62,522 nucleotides of DNA, from NCBI GenBank assembly GCA_963727895.1, contig CAVSHT010000015.1, positions 1 through 62,522 of the forward strand. The letters are read 5' to 3'. The translations under genes and the position numbers were made by a program. This document shows positions 58,322 through 62,522 of the stretch, one piece after another. How positions within the stretch are numbered: the first letter of the stretch is position 1; every line of letters starts with the position of its first letter. Under the pieces are notes generated by a model. It worked only from the letters and a program-made list of their open reading frames with translations. It did no database searches and had not been told where the DNA came from. Source of the stretch: an uncultured Methanosarcinaceae archaeon (GTDB lineage: Archaea > Halobacteriota > Methanosarcinia > Methanosarcinales > Methanosarcinaceae).

Positions 58322-60160
58322 ATGATAGAGATTAAAGATTTATGGTACACTTATCCAGGAAGATCGGAGCCGACTTTAAAAGGAGTCAACCTTAAAGTCG
58401 AAAAAGGAGAATTTGTTCTCCTCACAGGGCCTACTGGCTGTGGAAAAAGTACTTTATTAAAAACACTTGAACGGGATAATTCCTCATGAATCTGGAGGAC
58501 TATTTTCAGGTAGTGTGAAAGTCAAAGGGATAGAAACAACAGATTCAAACCAGATGGAAATCTCGAAAGAAGTAGGTCTTGTATTTCAGAACCCAGATGA
58601 CCAGATTTTTTCTACAACCGTTGAGGATGAAGTAGCCTTTGGACCTGAAAACCTCTGCTTTGAGCAAAAAGAAATTGATAAAAAGGTAGGAGAAGCCCTT
58701 CAAATAGTAGGGATGTCCGGTCACAGGCTGGACTCGACAAATTCACTTTCCGGTGGACAGAAACAGAGAATCTGCATTGCAAGTATGCTTGCAATGATGC
58801 CTGAAATCCTTGCCATGGATGAACCTGTAAGCCAGATGGATCCCGTAGGTACACACGAAGTCCTGAATACGGTAAGAGAACTCAACAGGAAAATGAAAAT
58901 AACTATTCTGCTGGTTGAGCACAGGCTGCACGAGCTTGCACCTTTTGCAGACAGAATTGTCATAATGGACGACGGAAAAATAGTCTTTGATCAGCCAGCC
59001 TCAAAAGCTTTTGATCATCTTGAGATATTTTACAGGCTTGGACTTAGAATTCCCGAACCAGTCGAACTCTGCCACAGCCTGGGAATCAAAGCCAGCCCTT
59101 TGAGTGTCAGTGAGGCTCTTGCTGTACTGGACAAAGAAAACGTTAAAGAAAATACTATACCTCAACTTCTTCGGAATCCAGAAAATACGATAATAACCAG
59201 TTCAAGGAAAGCATCCGTTGAAAATAAGTATATGGAATAATGCATCGGAAAACAATGTTCATAGAAAGAATGCATTGGAAAAAAATGCTCATAGAAAGAA
59301 TGCTCGGAAAACAATGTTCATAGAAATGATGCTTCTGAAAACAATGCCTCTATTATTTCTATTCAAGATCTGTGGTCTGGATATGAGAAAAACAAAATGG
59401 TACTTAAAGGACATAAATCTGGAAATCCGTAAAGGTGAAAGGGTTGCAGTTATGGGCACAAACGGCTCAGGAAAATCAACTCTGCTTTTACACCTTGCAG
59501 CCATTCTAAAACCAGATAAAGGAAGCGTGAAAGGTTTTTGGAGAGGACACAAAATCCAAAAATCCATACTCATTTGCAGGCAAGAGTTGGATTTGTATTC
59601 CAGAACCCTGACCTTATGCTCTTCTGTGATTCAGCTGAGGAAGAAGTCAAGGTTTGGACCTGTTCAGTTAAAGTACAGTAATATTGAGGAAAGAGCAAGA
59701 ACCTCTCTTGAAGCCATGTCAATTCTGAACCTTTAAGGTAGGACCTTCCTCAGGCTCTTGAGCAGGGGACAGAGACTCAGGACAGCTGTTGCTTCAGTAC
59801 TTTCCATAAATCCCGAACTTATTCTTCTTGATGAACCCACAACAGGGCAGGATAGGGTGAATATAGAACAGATGATGGATTATTTTCAAAAATAACAATT
59901 CGACATTGATTTTCTGCACACACGATATTGAGGTAGCCATGTCTCTATGCTACAAGAATCCTTGTGATGAATGAAGGGCAGATCATAGCAGATGGGAAGG
60001 GAAAAGAAGTTATAAAGAACACCGAAATCCTCAGAAAGGCCTCGCTTACCCAGCCTCCAGTTGTTGAGATTGCAAATCATCTGGGAATCGACGCCTTTTC
60101 AGTTAAAGAACTTGTGAGAAACGCTGACCTCCAGAAATGTTGAAGGGATGAAGTGTTAAA
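58322..60160 (+). pseudogene. ECF transporter double ATPase (A-A' fusion), frameshifted
   Basis: [23 protein letters not shown], second Walker A GTNGSGKS, DEPTTGQD; end approximate. Confidence 0.85.
59235..59350 (+). repeat. Degenerate 15/30-bp tandem repeats in the ATPase linker
   Basis: GGAAAACAATGTTCATAGAAAGAATGC-like units. Confidence 0.7.
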
Positions 60161-60175
60161 GGGGATGATATATGG

Positions 60176-61070
60176 ATGATAGGTGCCAGATCAATTGCAG
60201 AACCGACAATTAAAGATACGGTTATTCACAGGATGGATCCGAGGGCAAAGATTCTGATTCTGATATCAACTGCTTTTGTTGCTGTGACCCTGGATAACCA
60301 GAAGACAATGTTTTTGTTGTTTCTGATCGTACTTTCCGGATTTGCACTTGCAAGAATGCCGGCAATAAAGATCAAGACCCTGGCTTTATTGCTCATACTT
60401 TTGATCTGGGGAACTATTTACTCTCAGGCTCTCTTTTATTCTCAACTTCCGAGGACTGTGATTTTTACCATAATCAGTCCTGATTTTCCGGTTCTGGGTC
60501 GGTTGACAGACGGAGGGCTGTTTGTATATGAAGAAGGGCTCCATCACGGTGCAGTTCAGGGTCTTAGATCAGCTTCAATTCTTTCTCTGGGGCTATTGAT
60601 GTGCTGGACCACGGACTCAAGGGATATGTTAAACGGTCTGGTTGGGCTCAAGGTTCCTTACAGCGTGGCTTTTATGGTGATCACAGCAGTCAGATTTCTG
60701 CCAATAATAATCACCGAAGTAGCTACCGTGATAACAGTCCAGACGACTCAGGGGATTTAATCCAAAAAAACTTGGGTCAGGAATCATAAAAACATTACTC
60801 AATATATTGACCCCAACTCTCGCAAACTGCGTAAGGAGAACCGGAACTCTTGCAGTTTCAATTCAGAGTAGAGCTTTTCGGGCAAATCCTAATCGGACAT
60901 CTCTCAAAAAGCTAGAGTTTTCAAACATTGACAAAATAATGGTTGCAGTCTGTATTTTTATAGCTATAAGTATTGTTATCGTGAAGCTTATTTACAACAT
61001 GTACACAAGCGGGATTTATTATACTTCAGGTTTAAGGCCTGTTTATGCAATTGCAGGAGGGTACCTGTGA
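60176..61070 (+). pseudogene. ECF transporter T component, one frameshift
   Basis: IHRMDPRAK, AVRFLP, QSRAF motifs; frameshift near 60745. Confidence 0.85.
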
Positions 61071-61834
61071 TAGAAATAAGAAAATTATCCCGATACTTCG
61101 GAAACTTGGTTGCTGTGGATAATCTTAATCTTGATGTTGGAAACGAGATCTTTGGCCTTCTGGGCCCCAACGGAGCAGGCAAAAGTACAACAGTTATGAT
61201 GCTTACAACCCTGCTAAAACCCAGCAGTGGCACTGCAAAAATCTGCGGGTATGATGTCGTAACAGAGTCAAAAAAAGTAAGGTCAAAGATAAGTTATGTA
61301 CCTCAAGATATGGCAGTTGACCGGAAACTCACAGGCAGAGAAAATGTAATGCTTTATGCGAAACTCTATGGCATCCCTAATAGGAATTCAAGGGTAGATG
61401 AGGTGATTGAAATGATGGGGCTTTCAGATCGTGCTGGTGATCTTGTAGCAACATACTCTGGAGGAATGAGGAGGCGCCTTGAACTTGCTCAGGCCCTTGT
61501 ACATGAACCTGAAGTTCTGTTTCTTGATGAACCTACTATTGGACTAGATGTGAGTGGCAGAAAGAAGATATGGGAGCATATCAGGATGCTTAAAGCAGAA
61601 GGAATGATTATTTTCATGACTACTCATTATCTTGAAGAGGCAGAGAAATATTGCAACAGGGTTGCTATTATTGATAAAGGTAGAATTGCAGTTGTTGGTT
61701 CTCCTGAAAACCTGATAAGTTCCATAGGTGAAGATGCTTCACTTAATGACGTCTTCCTTGAGAATGTAAAAACCCCTGAGGAACAGGCAGGGTTTAATTC
61801 AACCCAATTTAGGAATCTTCTGAGGCGAAGATGA
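61067..61834 (+). CDS. ABC-2 (DrrA-like) ATP-binding protein
   Basis: GPNGAGKS, YSGGMRRRLE, LDEPTIGLD, TTHYLEEA. Confidence 0.92.
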   Translation: MIEIRKLSRYFGNLVAVDNLNLDVGNEIFGLLGPNGAGKSTTVMMLTTLLKPSSGTAKICGYDVVTESKKVRSKISYVPQDMAVDRKLTGRENVMLYAKLYGIPNRNSRVDEVIEMMGLSDRAGDLVATYSGGMRRRLELAQALVHEPEVLFLDEPTIGLDVSGRKKIWEHIRMLKAEGMIIFMTTHYLEEAEKYCNRVAIIDKGRIAVVGSPENLISSIGEDASLNDVFLENVKTPEEQAGFNSTQFRNLLRRR

Positions 61835-62522
61835 TGAGAGCAGTACTCTATTATTTTGAAAGGGACCTCCTAAAATGGCTAAGAGGAAAGGTTTCTGTAA
61901 TTTCTTCTCTCGTAATGCCTGCAGCCTGGCTGATATTTGTAGGGCTTGCCCTGCCAACAAAGTTTACGGATAATTATCTTCGAGTATATCACCCCTGGTA
62001 TTCTTGTCATGACTATGCTCTTTTCTTCACTTGCAGGGAGGGTCTCTTATGATTTTCGATAAAATACTGGGTTTTTTGAATAAATTCCTCGCCATGCCTT
62101 CACCACGAGAAAGCATGCTGTATGGAAAAATTCTATTTATCAGTGTAAGAGGCCTGCTGCAGGCAACTGTGATACTCCTGATAGCTACTCTTCTTGGGAG
62201 TAAGGATATTGAACCCGATGAAGATAGTTTTGATATATCTTACACTGTTTTTGTTTTCAGTATTTTTTTCTGCGCTCTCAACCATGATAGGACTGTACTT
62301 AAGTGATCATGACAGCTATTCAGCTGTGAACAGCATGATCAGCATGCCTTTATTCTTTACCAGCAGTGCACTTATGCCTTATGATGTCATGCCTGCATGG
62401 TTAAGGACTCTGGCCAAACTCAATCCGGTAAGTTATGCAATAGATAGTACAAGAACTCTGTTTGAAGGAGGAATACCTGTTCATGGGCTTATAAGCCTGA
62501 CAATAGGAGCCGGAGTTATGGT
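61831..62522 (+). pseudogene. ABC-2 permease, frameshifted, runs off window
   Basis: TM fragments, PGIL, MPLFFTSSALMP, NPVSYA motifs across frames. Confidence 0.8.

Noticed and set aside
60191..60202. 12-nt match (TCAATTGCAGAA) to the predicted guide of element B inside the ECF T gene
   Set aside because: Preceded by CCAGA, not the TTTAT TAM, and the match stops at 12 nt; plausibly chance

Overview
Archaeal chromosome segment from a Methanosarcina species, judged from the 16S/23S sequence, gene content and IS families. It has four zones. (1) 1-13.7 kb is an IS200/IS605 hotspot with five TnpB-encoding elements of four sequence types. Every fully visible TnpA is broken, while the TnpB ORFs are largely intact: one has a rearranged RuvC-II site and a CTG start, and one has a single in-frame amber codon that could be read as pyrrolysine. 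A CPBP protease, a small two-TM protein, the PINA ATPase and a 130-bp MITE lie among them. (2) 13.9-25.3 kb holds a GT-C-like membrane protein, a 95-bp tandem repeat, a Cys-rich secreted peptide, hisI, a glycogen debranching enzyme, IscA/HesB, NAC, and a TM-NTPase-TPR pseudogene hit by two IS1 copies. (3) 25.5-42.7 kb is intact housekeeping DNA: a minus-strand 16S-23S-5S operon without tRNA-Ala, eIF1A-RIO1-KH(Dim2), pyrC, pstSCAB-phoU, a third IS1 and polB. (4) 42.8-62.5 kb is a heavily frameshifted accessory region: an ATPase + TPR pair, an S-layer/ChlD deletion fusion, and an operon of two beta-propeller lipoproteins, a CobN-like chelatase, an ECF transporter and an ABC-2 exporter that may scavenge tetrapyrroles or metal. 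No CRISPR array or tRNA was seen. All calls come from reading the sequence; no database searches were run.
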